A stretch of 64,000 nt of DNA from Polyangiaceae bacterium (lineage in GTDB: Bacteria; Myxococcota_A; Polyangia; Polyangiales; Polyangiaceae). Positions 20,054 to 30,328 of the stretch are shown piece after piece (within the stretch, counting starts at the first letter, position 1; each line of letters begins with the position of its first letter). The position numbers and the translations under genes were made by a program. Location of the stretch: positions 186,736-250,735 of the forward strand of contig JBILLK010000013.1 in NCBI GenBank assembly GCA_044376115.1, written 5' to 3'. Under the pieces are notes generated by a model, which did not search any database, had not been told where the DNA came from, and saw only the letters and a list, made by a program, of their open reading frames with translations.

Positions 20054-20665
20054 CTAGGCACGGTCGACAGAGAAGGCTCGCAGCCTAGGCATGAGCCCAT
20101 CGACGGCTGCCTCGAGCTCGGCCAGCGATCCCTCGTTCCATAGGACGAGATCGGCGCGTTCGAGTTTGCGCTCGAGCGGCCATTGGGCCGCGAGCCGCGC
20201 TTGCGCAGCCTCTTGCTCCAGCCCGTCGCGAGCCATCAGCCGCTGTTGCTGTTGCTCGGGCTTGAGCGCCACCAGCACCGATGGTCGGAACACGGCGTCG
20301 AGGCCGTTCTCGAACAACAGCGGAACTTCGTAGCCAATCAGCTCGTCGCCGCGAGCGGCGTGCTCAGCGAATCGTTCGCGTGATAACTCCGCCACCCGCG
20401 GATGCACGATGCCGTTGAGCAGCTTGCGCTGTTCGGCATCGGCGAACACGCGCGCGGCGACGGCCTTGCGATCGAGCGAGCCATCCGCCGCGAGCACGCC
20501 CTCGCCAAACGCGCTGACGATCTGCGCGAGGGCGAGCGACCCGGGCGCGACCGCCTCGCGAGCAAGCTGATCGGCGTCGACCATCGGGATACCGTGGCCC
20601 ACGATCAACCGCGCGACCGTGCTCTTACCGCTGGCGATACCGCCAGTCAGCCCGAAGACGCGCAC
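20054..20665 (-). CDS. coaE: Dephospho-CoA kinase
   Basis: GLTGGIASGKS, DAD, LDR, HP, VPLLFE; GTG start overlapping pncA stop. Confidence 0.93.
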   Translation of the reverse strand: MRVFGLTGGIASGKSTVARLIVGHGIPMVDADQLAREAVAPGSLALAQIVSAFGEGVLAADGSLDRKAVAARVFADAEQRKLLNGIVHPRVAELSRERFAEHAARGDELIGYEVPLLFENGLDAVFRPSVLVALKPEQQQQRLMARDGLEQEAAQARLAAQWPLERKLERADLVLWNEGSLAELEAAVDGLMPRLRAFSVDRA

Positions 20666-21318
20666 TAGACGGCCACACCTAGTTCGGCGCTGGTGGTGAG
20701 CAGACAGCCGGCCTCTTGCATCGCTGCTAGTGCGCGGCGTTCGCCCTCGGCCGTGATCGCGCGGATACCGTCGGTGAGCACCGTTACTTCGTAACCGCGC
20801 TCCGCCAGCCCCAGCGCCGCAGCGCGCACGCAATAGTCGGTGGCGACGCCATACACGACGAAGCGATAGGCGCGTGCCGCAGTGAGTTGCGCGAGCAGCG
20901 CCTCTGCGTTCGGGTTGGCAAACAGGCTGTACACCTCCTTCTCGAAGTAGAGGCCTTGTGTTGCGCCGGAGAGCAGCTCGCTCACGAGCGGCTCAACGGC
21001 GACGCCAGCGTGATTGGGCACGAAGCGAAAACGTTGGGGCAACGTGCCCTGGACCTTCAACCAGCCCGGGGTGCCTTTCACGCAGTGATCCGGGAAGTTG
21101 GGCTTTTCACCACTGGGCGCAGGCACCTGATTGGAGGCGAACTCCCAGGCGTCGTAGCTGTGTGAATCCACGCTGCCCAGGATCGGCAGGCCGAACCGAA
21201 CCGCCCAATCAGTCAAACGGCGGTAGAGGTCATTGGGCGAGCCGGCCACCGCGAGCGCGCCGTTGGGCTCGCAGAAATCAGCCTGAATGTCGACGTCGAC
21301 GAAGATCAGGTTCTTCAC
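20665..21318 (-). CDS. pncA: Nicotinamidase (isochorismatase family)
   Basis: DVDIQADF, DSH, FPDHCVKGT, EK, ATDYCV; adjacent to pncB. Confidence 0.88.
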   Translation of the reverse strand: MKNLIFVDVDIQADFCEPNGALAVAGSPNDLYRRLTDWAVRFGLPILGSVDSHSYDAWEFASNQVPAPSGEKPNFPDHCVKGTPGWLKVQGTLPQRFRFVPNHAGVAVEPLVSELLSGATQGLYFEKEVYSLFANPNAEALLAQLTAARAYRFVVYGVATDYCVRAAALGLAERGYEVTVLTDGIRAITAEGERRALAAMQEAGCLLTTSAELGVAV

Positions 21319-22700
21319 GAGGGCTCCTTGGCGCGCGCCTGACGTAGCTCTTCGACCAAGCGAGCTGTCGCCGAGGACACCTCCGCAACGAAGGGCGCTT
21401 CTCCCGGACCGAAGGGCTCATTGGAGCGCAGCGCATTCGGCAGCGATAGATGCTCACTAGCGACGTGCGTGCGTATTTGTTCGAGCGAACGACGCGGCCG
21501 TTTGCGTTCCCCGCCGGAGATCGCGCATTGCAGGAGGGCTACGGCTCGTTGCCCAGCCGCGAGCGTCGGGCTGTCTTCGCGCTCGAGCAAGATGATATCG
21601 CGCGCGATGCGATTCTCATCGTCGTAGATGCGCAGCACCTGATGCGCCGAGGGCAAGGTCGCTTTGCCTTCGGAGAACTTGGCGACCGGCATGCGCTCAC
21701 CGCCGCGCTCGAGCTCCACCAGCTTGTAAACGCCCGACAGCCGCGGCGCATCCCCGCTGGTGACGAGCTCGGTGCCAACGCCGAACGAATCGATCGGGGC
21801 GCCGCTCTTCACCAACGCCGCAATCGAGTGCTCATCGAGATCGCCAGAGACGACCACCGCCGCGTCTTTGCAGCCCTGATCATCGAGCACCTTGCGCACG
21901 AGCACGCTGACCTTGCCGAGATCCCCCGAATCGATGCGCACGCCACGCAGCTTTTCACCGGCGACGCGAGCGGCGCGCGCGGCACCGCGCACGGTGTCGT
22001 AGGTGTCGATCAAAAGGGTGCTGCTATCGGGGAAGACCGTGAAGTAGTTTTTGAAGGCCTCCTCCTCGGTCGCGTGCGCCATCGTCCACATATGCGCAGC
22101 CGTTCCCAAGACCGGCAAATCGAAGCGCACCCCGGCTTCAACGTTGCTGGTGCCCGCGAAGCCCACCGCGCAAGCGATGCGCGCGCTGTCGATGGCAGCG
22201 TCCGGGTGAGTGCGCCGCGTGCCAAATTCGATTAGCCGCTTTCCTTCGGCGGAACGCACGATGCGCGAGGCCTTCGAGCCGATCATGGTCGAGTGGTTGA
22301 CCACAGATAGCAGGTACGTCTCGATCAACTGCGCCTCGATGATCGGCGCGCGTACGCGCACCAAAGGCTCGTTATCGAACACCACCGTGCCCTCTTCCAC
22401 TGCGAACACGTCGCCGCTGAAGCGGAAGTTCGAAAGGTAGTCGCAGAAGGCTGGCGTCATCGCCGAACGCAAGGCCGGGAGCTTCGACAGCGCGGCGATC
22501 TGCTCGCTCGAGAAGCGCAGCTCCAGCAGATAGTCGAGCACGCGCTCGATCCCCATCGCGAGCAAGTACCGACGCGTCTTTGGCAACCTGCGGATGAACA
22601 TCTCGCAGGTGGCGACGTCGTTGCTTCGGCCGGCGTGGAAATAGCCGGCGGCCATCGTGAGTTGGTACAGGTCGAGAGCGAGCGTCGGGCTTCCGTTCAC
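21315..22700 (-). CDS. pncB: Nicotinate phosphoribosyltransferase
   Basis: DLYQLTM, EFGTRR, GTSNV, GTAAH, LIDTYD, RIDSGD, GVYKLV. Confidence 0.95.
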   Translation of the reverse strand: MNGSPTLALDLYQLTMAAGYFHAGRSNDVATCEMFIRRLPKTRRYLLAMGIERVLDYLLELRFSSEQIAALSKLPALRSAMTPAFCDYLSNFRFSGDVFAVEEGTVVFDNEPLVRVRAPIIEAQLIETYLLSVVNHSTMIGSKASRIVRSAEGKRLIEFGTRRTHPDAAIDSARIACAVGFAGTSNVEAGVRFDLPVLGTAAHMWTMAHATEEEAFKNYFTVFPDSSTLLIDTYDTVRGAARAARVAGEKLRGVRIDSGDLGKVSVLVRKVLDDQGCKDAAVVVSGDLDEHSIAALVKSGAPIDSFGVGTELVTSGDAPRLSGVYKLVELERGGERMPVAKFSEGKATLPSAHQVLRIYDDENRIARDIILLEREDSPTLAAGQRAVALLQCAISGGERKRPRRSLEQIRTHVASEHLSLPNALRSNEPFGPGEAPFVAEVSSATARLVEELRQARAKEPS

Positions 22701-22714
22701 GGCGCCATGCTACA

Positions 22715-23956
22715 TCACGCAAGCTCCGAAAATGGGCCGGTGATCACGGCGGTGATGCCTCGCTGCTGCAGGTTCACGAAAAGCCGGTCTTTGATGAAGG
22801 TCACACCCGCAAGCTCACCTCCACCGGTATTCACCGCCAACGTCAGTAGCTGACCGCTCGGGCAGACAACCGCGAGACCGTTGGGTAGAGAGCCGTCTTC
22901 CGCCAGAAAGACATGCCCGCTCGGAGCGACGCACAGGTTGTCCGGCATCTCCAACGAGTCACCGCCGGGGGCCTCCACCACCAAGCTCAGCAGGCCGCCA
23001 TCCTTGCTCGGCGTAAGGCGAAAGACCTGCCCTTTGCCATGCCGACCTCCCGTCGTCGCGGTGAAGTAGATGTGCGTCTTTCCGTCGCGAACGTCGGTAA
23101 AGACGCCCTCCCCGCGACGGAAGGTGGTCGCGCCCGCCTTCGCGGCGCGCACGCGAAGATCATCCTTGGCCGCGTCCCAGCCGTTCACGTCGACCCACGA
23201 CACCTCGAGCGAGTCGTTCGCGTTCAGCTTGTTGACGTCGATCTTCTCGCACGCCAGCGCCTGCAGCTGCCCATGGAACGGATTGTCCTTGGCCTCGGCC
23301 TTGAAGCGGTACAGGCAGCCGTCGCCCATGTCCTCGGTGAGGTAGGCATCGTACGTCGCCGGGTCGATCCCGACCGCCTCGTGTCGGAACCGACCGTAGG
23401 CCTCGACGCGTTTGGGAGGCTGCAGGTTGCTGGCGTTGCGATCACAGAGGAACACGAAGCCGTGGTCTCCCGCGGTGAACTCCTCGCAGCTGAGCCAGCC
23501 CCACGGGCTGGTACCGCCAGCGCAGTTGTTGGCCGTCCCCGTGAGCACCAAGTTCGACTCAAGCAACGAGTTGTCCTGTTCGGCAAGGACCACGCGCGTC
23601 ACCCCCCCGAACATGTTGCTCTTGTGCGCGAGCTGCGGCGCCGCTCGACCGGGGTATGCGGACAGCGGTTGATCGTCGGTGAGCTCGTGATTGCGCATCA
23701 AGATGATGCGGCCGTCTTCACTCCAGCTGGCCATGCCGTCGGGTTTGCCCGGCACCACGAAGCCGTCGCTCATGGTACTGCCCGACGAGTCGACGATCTG
23801 AGCCGAGAAGCCGTCACGCAAGCGGAAGTCCGGGACCGCCGAGGAACGCAGCGACTTGAGCGACTCGCTGCGTCGACTACGGAAGTAAAGCGGCAGAGCG
23901 ACGCCCAGGGCAGCTGCACCACCCACGCCGAACCACGCGCGCCTCGAGAGCTTCAC
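22715..23956 (-). CDS. phoX: PhoX family (DUF839) alkaline phosphatase, Tat-exported
   Basis: LSRR Tat signal, PDGM, RNHE, NCAGG.SPWGWLSCEE, GRFRHEA, YLTED, RGEG, MPDN, ELAG. Confidence 0.82.
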   Translation of the reverse strand: MKLSRRAWFGVGGAAALGVALPLYFRSRRSESLKSLRSSAVPDFRLRDGFSAQIVDSSGSTMSDGFVVPGKPDGMASWSEDGRIILMRNHELTDDQPLSAYPGRAAPQLAHKSNMFGGVTRVVLAEQDNSLLESNLVLTGTANNCAGGTSPWGWLSCEEFTAGDHGFVFLCDRNASNLQPPKRVEAYGRFRHEAVGIDPATYDAYLTEDMGDGCLYRFKAEAKDNPFHGQLQALACEKIDVNKLNANDSLEVSWVDVNGWDAAKDDLRVRAAKAGATTFRRGEGVFTDVRDGKTHIYFTATTGGRHGKGQVFRLTPSKDGGLLSLVVEAPGGDSLEMPDNLCVAPSGHVFLAEDGSLPNGLAVVCPSGQLLTLAVNTGGGELAGVTFIKDRLFVNLQQRGITAVITGPFSELA

Positions 23957-23967
23957 GCGCGGCCCAC

Positions 23968-24834
23968 TCAGCTCTTGCGGCTGACCTTGCGAGCCACCGC
24001 GGCAAGCACCGTGTTCTCGAGCAAGGTCGCGATCGTCATCGGACCGACGCCGCCTGGAACCGGCGTGATCGCGCGGACCTTCGGCAGCACGGCGTCAAAC
24101 GCGACGTCGCCGACGAGGCGACCATCCGGCAGCCGATTGATCCCAACATCGAGCACGACCGCGCCCTCTTTCACGTAGTCGGCGCCGATCATCTCGGCCC
24201 TTCCGACCGCCGCTACGAGCACATCGGCCTCGCGGCAAACCGCGGCAAGATCCTTGGTGCGCGAATGAGCGATGGTTACGGTAGCGTGCTCGGCCAGCAG
24301 CAGCTGGGCCATCGGCTTGCCGACGATGTTGCTGCGCCCGACCACCACCGCGCGCGCCCCGACCAGCGAAACACCGGTCTCACGCAAGAGCCGCATGGTG
24401 CCTTTGGGCGTGCACGGTACGAGCCCCGGCCGACCTGCCGAAAGCAAGCCAACGTTCACCGGGTGAAAGCCGTCCACGTCTTTGGAGGGGTGAATGGTCT
24501 CGAGCACGACCTCCTCACGGATGTGCTTCGGCAAAGGAAGCTGCACCAAGATGCCGTCCACCGTATCGTCGGCGTTCAGCTCCTCCAGCTTGGCGATCAG
24601 CTCGGCCTCGCTGGTCGACGCCGGCAAGGTGTGCAGCTTGCCACGCACGCCGACTTCGTTCGCCGCCTTCTCCTTGTTGCGCGTGTACACGACGCTTGCG
24701 GGATCTTCGCCGACGAGGATCACCTCGAGACCCGGTGCGCGCCCGTGCTCTTGGGTGAAGCTACTCGCTGCCGAAGCAACCTCGGCTCGCACCAACTTCG
24801 CAATCGCTTTGCCGTCGATTCGCTGGCTCATCAC
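23968..24834 (-). CDS. folD: Bifunctional methylenetetrahydrofolate dehydrogenase/cyclohydrolase
   Basis: [45 protein letters not shown]. Confidence 0.96.
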   Translation of the reverse strand: MMSQRIDGKAIAKLVRAEVASAASSFTQEHGRAPGLEVILVGEDPASVVYTRNKEKAANEVGVRGKLHTLPASTSEAELIAKLEELNADDTVDGILVQLPLPKHIREEVVLETIHPSKDVDGFHPVNVGLLSAGRPGLVPCTPKGTMRLLRETGVSLVGARAVVVGRSNIVGKPMAQLLLAEHATVTIAHSRTKDLAAVCREADVLVAAVGRAEMIGADYVKEGAVVLDVGINRLPDGRLVGDVAFDAVLPKVRAITPVPGGVGPMTIATLLENTVLAAVARKVSRKS

Positions 24835-24881
24835 CCGTCGGCTTACTCCCGAAGCTGGCGCGCGAGAAGCACAAGGCGGCG

Positions 24882-25604
24882 TCAGCGCGCTTCTTGGGCT
24901 GACTCAGGGTACGCGAGAGCCCGCACCCGCGCGCGAAACTCGAGGAGCCGCGTACTGTCACGAACGGCGGCCTTCGACGGCCCCTCGACCGGGAAGGCCA
25001 TCAGACTCTCGACGAAGGCGAACAACACCGCGTCGATGCTGGTGGGTTCATCGCCAAAAACGAACGGCTTAGTGCCGAGCGCCTCATCGAGCACCTCGAA
25101 ATCGCGCAGCACCAGCGCGTGCACCTCCTGCTCGCTGAGCAGGCCAGTCCCTTGCGCCATTACTTGCTTCTTCACCCCGCGTCGCAGCAGCGGCAGCACC
25201 AAATGATTGAGCACCGGCGGAGCCATTTTCAGCAGCACCGGCTTGTACGCAGCGAAGCCCTCTTCATCCACCCAGCGAATCCAGCACAGACCAAAGTAGG
25301 TGCTGGCCTCCAGAATGCGCCGTAGCGCGTGGCTACGACGCTTTTCGGATTCACTCAGGCGCTGATCCAGATCCACTCCGTGGTGCGTGGCCAAATGTTC
25401 GATCACGCGCTGCGAGTCGGCGACCACGGTGCCATCGATGTCGCCCCAAGGCACCTTGCCATTCGGCGACTGCATCGGGGCGCCGTTGCGTGACTCGAAT
25501 GGCACCTTGGCCAAGCGCAGGTACGTCTCGAGCTTGATGCAGAACGGGCTGACGCTGGGCGCGCCCCAGGCTCCGGGCAGCTGAAAGAGCTTCACAGCAG
25601 GCAT
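24882..25604 (-). CDS. Glutathione S-transferase family, metaxin/FAX-like
   Basis: [35 protein letters not shown]. Confidence 0.82.
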   Translation of the reverse strand: MPAVKLFQLPGAWGAPSVSPFCIKLETYLRLAKVPFESRNGAPMQSPNGKVPWGDIDGTVVADSQRVIEHLATHHGVDLDQRLSESEKRRSHALRRILEASTYFGLCWIRWVDEEGFAAYKPVLLKMAPPVLNHLVLPLLRRGVKKQVMAQGTGLLSEQEVHALVLRDFEVLDEALGTKPFVFGDEPTSIDAVLFAFVESLMAFPVEGPSKAAVRDSTRLLEFRARVRALAYPESAQEAR

Positions 25605-25664
25605 GCTTCACCGTTTACCAAACAGCGTGCGGATTCAAGCCGCGGTGTAGGCTATGCTGCTCCC

Positions 25665-28034
25665 GTGTCCGCCCCGGACGTTACGCACCAAGCGACCGCT
25701 GCAACGGTCCTACTCGGCGGCGATGGTTCGCAGTCGACACGCGGTAACGCGGAGCTTCCGCTCGGGGAGCTATTTGCTGGACGCTACTTCATCGAGCGCC
25801 TGCTCGGGCGCGGCGGCATGGGCGTGGTCTACCGCGCGCGCGACGAGCTCGTCGAGGATTGGGTGGCGGTCAAGCTGCTCGACCTCGGAGGCGCACTCGG
25901 TGCGGGTGCCGTGGATCTGTTCCGCCGCGAAGTGCGCGTGGCCCGTCGCATCACGCACTCGAACGTCGTGCGCATCTACGACCTGGACGATCACTTCGGC
26001 AAGCTGTTCATCTCGATGGAGTACGTCGATGGCGCCGATCTGCGTCGGCATATGAACGAGGCCGGCGGAAGTTTTGCGCCGGCGCGTGCAGCCTTCGTCG
26101 CATTGAAGATCGCCGAGGCGCTGAGCGCCGCCCATTCCGTGGAGGTGGTGCATCGCGATCTGAAGCCAGAGAACGTGCTCGTGGCCAAAGACGGTCGGCT
26201 CGTGCTTTCAGACTTCGGCATCGCCAGCGTGATCGACCGCAGCGCAGGCGACAGCCAGGTGGTCGGCACTCCGACGTACATGGCCCCCGAGCAGGTGGCC
26301 GGTACCAGCAACGGTCCTTCGGTGGACATCTACGCGCTGGGAACGCTGCTCTTCGAGATGTTGGCTGGAAGGCCGCCCTTCCCCGGAGACAACGGCATGG
26401 CCGTGGCGCTCGCGCGCCTCACCGATAAAGCGCCTGAGCTGCGCGCTTTTTGCAGCTGCCCCGACGAGCTCGCGGTGCTGGCAATGGAATGTTTGCAACA
26501 AAGGCCAGAGGACAGGCCAGCGAGCGCTGAGGAGATCGCGGCTCGCCTGACGGAGATCCTCGAGCAAGTGGAGCCCTCGGCCGCCACCGGCATACCGCTT
26601 TTGCGCACGCCCAGTCGCACCGCCATGCCCAAGGTCAGCAGCGTGGTGCGCTCGGTGAGCCGGCTCAGCCTTGCCTGCCTACCGTTCAGCTACCGCGGCC
26701 CGGCCGACCATGACTACCTGGGAGAGGCGCTCTCCAGCGAACTCATCGACGTACTCTCGCGCACCAAAGGATTGCGCGTACTCGGTGCCTCCGCCGTTGG
26801 GCGCGTGGGTGAAGAACGAGATCCGCGCAAGCTCTCGAGTTCGCTCGGGGTGGACTACATCGTGGACGGTGGCGTGCACGTACTCGGCGAGAAGCTGCGG
26901 GTCTCGGTCAGGGTGCTCGACGCCTCGGGCACGCAGCTCACCAGCCAACGCTTCGATCTCGGGATCGCCGACATCTTTGAGCTGCAGGATCGCGCCGGGC
27001 AGATGATCGCCGAAACGCTGCGACTCGAAATCACCACCCGCACGCTGAGTGAGGCGGTGCCCGAAGCGGCGGTGGAGGCCTATTTGCGCGCCCGTAAGAT
27101 CTTGCGTACGCAGGCCTTCGATCAGGTCGCGGAGGCGGTCGAGCTGTTGGAGAAAGCCGTCGGCATGAGCCCAAGCTTCGAGCCGGCGGTCGCAGCGTTG
27201 GCGATCGCCACGGTACAGACCTGGTTCTACCCGACCGGTGCACCGGAGCGCGATTGGGGCGCTTGCGCTGAGGCCGCCGTGAACGAGGCGCTGCGGCTTG
27301 CTCCCGAACAGCCTGAAACGCACGTGGCCGCGGCCCGCCTCAATTCGCAAAAAGGCTCACTGCGCGAAGCCATCGTTTCCACCCGGCGCGCGCTCGAGCT
27401 CGCTCCAACCTCCGCCGACGCGAACCACATCCTCGGGCAGTTGCAGTGCGAGACGGGCAAGGTCGAGGAGGGCCTCGCGCGACTGGCGATGGCCTATCAA
27501 CTCGAGCCGACGTCACCCGCCTATCACTACGAAACCGCACGCTACGCCGCCTTCATTCACGACGTCCCGACCTTCGAGCGCGCCGTCGCCGAGGTAGCGA
27601 AGGTCTCCTCTCCCTTCCTCCCGCTGCATTTGCGGCTGCGTGCCGGCGCCTTCTGGAAAGACCGCTCGCGGCTCGAGGCGGTGCGCGCAGAAGCTTCGGT
27701 CTTGGGCCCACCGATGGCGGACTTGTTCCATGCGGTGGCCGAGGCCTATCTCGGCAACACCGATCCGCTCGCGGCGGTGGCGGCGATGGTGCCCATCCTA
27801 CGCTTCGTGAACATGCGCTTTGGGACCATCCTGCGGCAGGTCAGCGTCGAGCTGCACGCCGTTGCGGGCGACCTCGACGGCGCGCTCGAATGGCTGATCG
27901 AAGCACATAGCACGCTGCTCTACGACATCGTCTGGCTCGACCGCTGCCCATTGCTCGAGCCGTTGCGCGGCAACCCTCAGTTCGAACGCATCGTGGCGGA
28001 CGTTCGCGCAAACACGAACGCAGTTTGGCGGTAG
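25665..28034 (+). CDS. Ser/Thr protein kinase with TolB-like domain and TPR repeats
   Basis: GRGGMG, VAVK, HRDLKPEN, DFG, GTPTYMAPE; LACLPF...LSRTKGLRV domain; helical repeats. Confidence 0.9.
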   Translation: MSAPDVTHQATAATVLLGGDGSQSTRGNAELPLGELFAGRYFIERLLGRGGMGVVYRARDELVEDWVAVKLLDLGGALGAGAVDLFRREVRVARRITHSNVVRIYDLDDHFGKLFISMEYVDGADLRRHMNEAGGSFAPARAAFVALKIAEALSAAHSVEVVHRDLKPENVLVAKDGRLVLSDFGIASVIDRSAGDSQVVGTPTYMAPEQVAGTSNGPSVDIYALGTLLFEMLAGRPPFPGDNGMAVALARLTDKAPELRAFCSCPDELAVLAMECLQQRPEDRPASAEEIAARLTEILEQVEPSAATGIPLLRTPSRTAMPKVSSVVRSVSRLSLACLPFSYRGPADHDYLGEALSSELIDVLSRTKGLRVLGASAVGRVGEERDPRKLSSSLGVDYIVDGGVHVLGEKLRVSVRVLDASGTQLTSQRFDLGIADIFELQDRAGQMIAETLRLEITTRTLSEAVPEAAVEAYLRARKILRTQAFDQVAEAVELLEKAVGMSPSFEPAVAALAIATVQTWFYPTGAPERDWGACAEAAVNEALRLAPEQPETHVAAARLNSQKGSLREAIVSTRRALELAPTSADANHILGQLQCETGKVEEGLARLAMAYQLEPTSPAYHYETARYAAFIHDVPTFERAVAEVAKVSSPFLPLHLRLRAGAFWKDRSRLEAVRAEASVLGPPMADLFHAVAEAYLGNTDPLAAVAAMVPILRFVNMRFGTILRQVSVELHAVAGDLDGALEWLIEAHSTLLYDIVWLDRCPLLEPLRGNPQFERIVADVRANTNAVWR

Positions 28035-28035
28035 C

Positions 28036-29640
28036 GTGCAGCACGGCTCTCGACTCGGCGACTTTGAGATCGATGGCGTCCTTGGCGAAGGCGGCAGCTC
28101 GGTCGTGTACGCCGCACGTTGGGGCGCTCGCGAGGTCGCCCTCAAGGTGATCCAATCCGAGGGTCCGGTGACGGAGGCGGATCGCACGCGCTTTCTGGCC
28201 GAGGCCGAGCGTATGCAACGCGTCGTTCATTCGTCGCTGATTTCGCTCTTGGGCGCTGGCTTCCTGCCGGATGGCCGGCCCTTCATCGCCATGCCACGGT
28301 TGCGTGGTCGCACCCTCGCAGATCACTCGGCGCCGATCGCGATCGAGCAAGCGCTGGCGCTGTTCGAAGACGTCGTTCACGGCGTGAGCGCGCTGCACGC
28401 CGCGGGGCTGGTGCATCGCGACATCAAGCCGCAGAACATCATGTGGGTCGAGCCGGAGGACCGCTTGGTCCTGCTCGATCTCGGCATCGCGCGGGAGATC
28501 GATGCCTCGCCTTCGACCACCACGCGGGCAGGCTTCTCGCGCGGAACGCCGGCCTACATGGCGCCGGAACGCCTGTTTGGACAGAGCGCCACGCTGCGCA
28601 GCGATCTCTATGAATTGGCGCTGGTGCTGGTGGTGATGCTGCTCGGTCGGCTGCCCTGGGAGGAAGGGGATCCCCAGGGCCGCATGTTGCCGGATCTTTC
28701 GGCTTCGGGTCCGAACGGAGCGTTGATCCCGCAGGCGTTGGCGCCGACCCTCGCGCGCGCGTTGTCCCTCGACGTAGAGCGACGACCAACTTCGGCGAGC
28801 GAGCTCTTGGCGTGGATCGTCGAGGCGCATCCCCCCACGCAGAAACGCTTCAATCTGGCCACCGCGCCCACCGAGTTGCATCGCACGCCGCAAGCAGCTT
28901 CGCGGCAGCACGTATTTGCAGTCTCCGGCTTCCCAATGAGCCTGCCAGCGTCCGAGCAAGGCTCACCTCCTCAAGGCTTCATCACCCAACCTTCAACGCC
29001 CATCCAACGAGCGGCGCTGCTTGCTTCTTCGCCACCGCCCGCGCCCGCGCCGGCGGCCTCACCTCGCAACATCGTTCCCTTCGTCGCGATCGGGGGAGCG
29101 CTGGTGATGGCTTCGGTCGGAGCGGCGCTGCTGGTGCGAGATCGCGTACCCGAAGCCACCACGAAGGGCGCGCCGAGCGCTACGGAAGCGCCGTCAAGCG
29201 TCGCTACAGCAACGCCGTCATCCGCTGCCGACGCGGCAGGCTCCTCGAGTCCAACCGTTTCGCCGGGCTTTGGACCGGCTGGGCCTTCAGCGAGTCCCAC
29301 CGCCTCGGCGAGCAGCGCTCCGAGCGCAGGGCCGAAGCCCAGCGTTACGCCGTCTGCAACCTCGAAACCCAGCGCGACGTCTGTAACGCCCACCTCTCCG
29401 TCGGCGACCAGCAGCGGGAGCGCAACCTCAGCACCGATGAGCGCTGCCTGCAAAAGCTACGTCGCGCTGATGTGCTCGCCCTCGAGCGGCGCAAGTGCGC
29501 TCGAGTGCAGCTCAGCGCGAAGCAATGCGGCCAGTTGGACTACGAAGTTTCCCACGAGCGTCGCCAGCGAGACCTGCCAATCTGCGCTCAACGCCTCGCA
29601 AATTGGCCTCGCCGGGCGCAAAGATTGGCAGCCGCCCTGA
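28036..29640 (+). CDS. Membrane Ser/Thr protein kinase with Ser/Pro/Thr linker and small Cys domain
   Basis: GEGGSS, VALK, HRDIKPQN, DLG, GTPAYMAPE, one TM helix. Confidence 0.88.
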   Translation: MQHGSRLGDFEIDGVLGEGGSSVVYAARWGAREVALKVIQSEGPVTEADRTRFLAEAERMQRVVHSSLISLLGAGFLPDGRPFIAMPRLRGRTLADHSAPIAIEQALALFEDVVHGVSALHAAGLVHRDIKPQNIMWVEPEDRLVLLDLGIAREIDASPSTTTRAGFSRGTPAYMAPERLFGQSATLRSDLYELALVLVVMLLGRLPWEEGDPQGRMLPDLSASGPNGALIPQALAPTLARALSLDVERRPTSASELLAWIVEAHPPTQKRFNLATAPTELHRTPQAASRQHVFAVSGFPMSLPASEQGSPPQGFITQPSTPIQRAALLASSPPPAPAPAASPRNIVPFVAIGGALVMASVGAALLVRDRVPEATTKGAPSATEAPSSVATATPSSAADAAGSSSPTVSPGFGPAGPSASPTASASSAPSAGPKPSVTPSATSKPSATSVTPTSPSATSSGSATSAPMSAACKSYVALMCSPSSGASALECSSARSNAASWTTKFPTSVASETCQSALNASQIGLAGRKDWQPP

Positions 29641-29644
29641 GCAG

Positions 29645-30283
29645 CTAGGCCTGGCCTTGCACGTGTGCGCGCATCCATTCGGATTCTTCAGCGCACATGG
29701 CCAACGTCTTGGCCGCGGTTTGACTGAGCACCTCCTCGCGCGGCGGATCCGACGAAGGGTCGTGATAAGCATCGAGCAGGCCCAACGACGCAATCCACTC
29801 GAGCTCGGTGAAGCCTGCACCAACTTTGCGCGCCAAGTCGGCGATCACCAAGGTCAGCAGCTTGAAGTGCGGCTTGTAGGGTACGTCGATCGTACGGATC
29901 GGCGCCTCGGGGCTGATCCAAAGTTGCTCGGTGGCAGCCAGCACTTCCGCCGCAGCCTCCGGCTCCTCCAACAACATGACCGCAACGTCTGCGAGCATGC
30001 CCATCACGCCAGCATCGCGCAGCGATGCGATGCCGGGCCCCTCGAAGTAGCGGCCGACGACCTGCGGAGGTACCAGCGCGGCGCGCACAGCCGCCTGACC
30101 GCCCTGCCCTTCCCACACCGGCGAAACCACGATCTCTCCCTCCGCGAGCTCCTTCCGCAGCGATAGCGCATGCAACAGGATGGCCCGCGCATCTTGGACG
30201 ATGGTGTCTGCGTCGGGAATGTCGAAGGTCTCGGGGAGATGCAACATGGCGCGGCTTGATCCGGCGGGCTTTTCGAGGCTCAT
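29645..30283 (-). CDS. Hypothetical protein
   Basis: 212-aa ORF with natural composition filling the gap between kinases. Confidence 0.6.
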   Translation of the reverse strand: MSLEKPAGSSRAMLHLPETFDIPDADTIVQDARAILLHALSLRKELAEGEIVVSPVWEGQGGQAAVRAALVPPQVVGRYFEGPGIASLRDAGVMGMLADVAVMLLEEPEAAAEVLAATEQLWISPEAPIRTIDVPYKPHFKLLTLVIADLARKVGAGFTELEWIASLGLLDAYHDPSSDPPREEVLSQTAAKTLAMCAEESEWMRAHVQGQA

Positions 30284-30328
30284 GCGATCGGAGATACCAG
30301 CAAGCCTGCCGTCAAAGCAGCAACTTGA

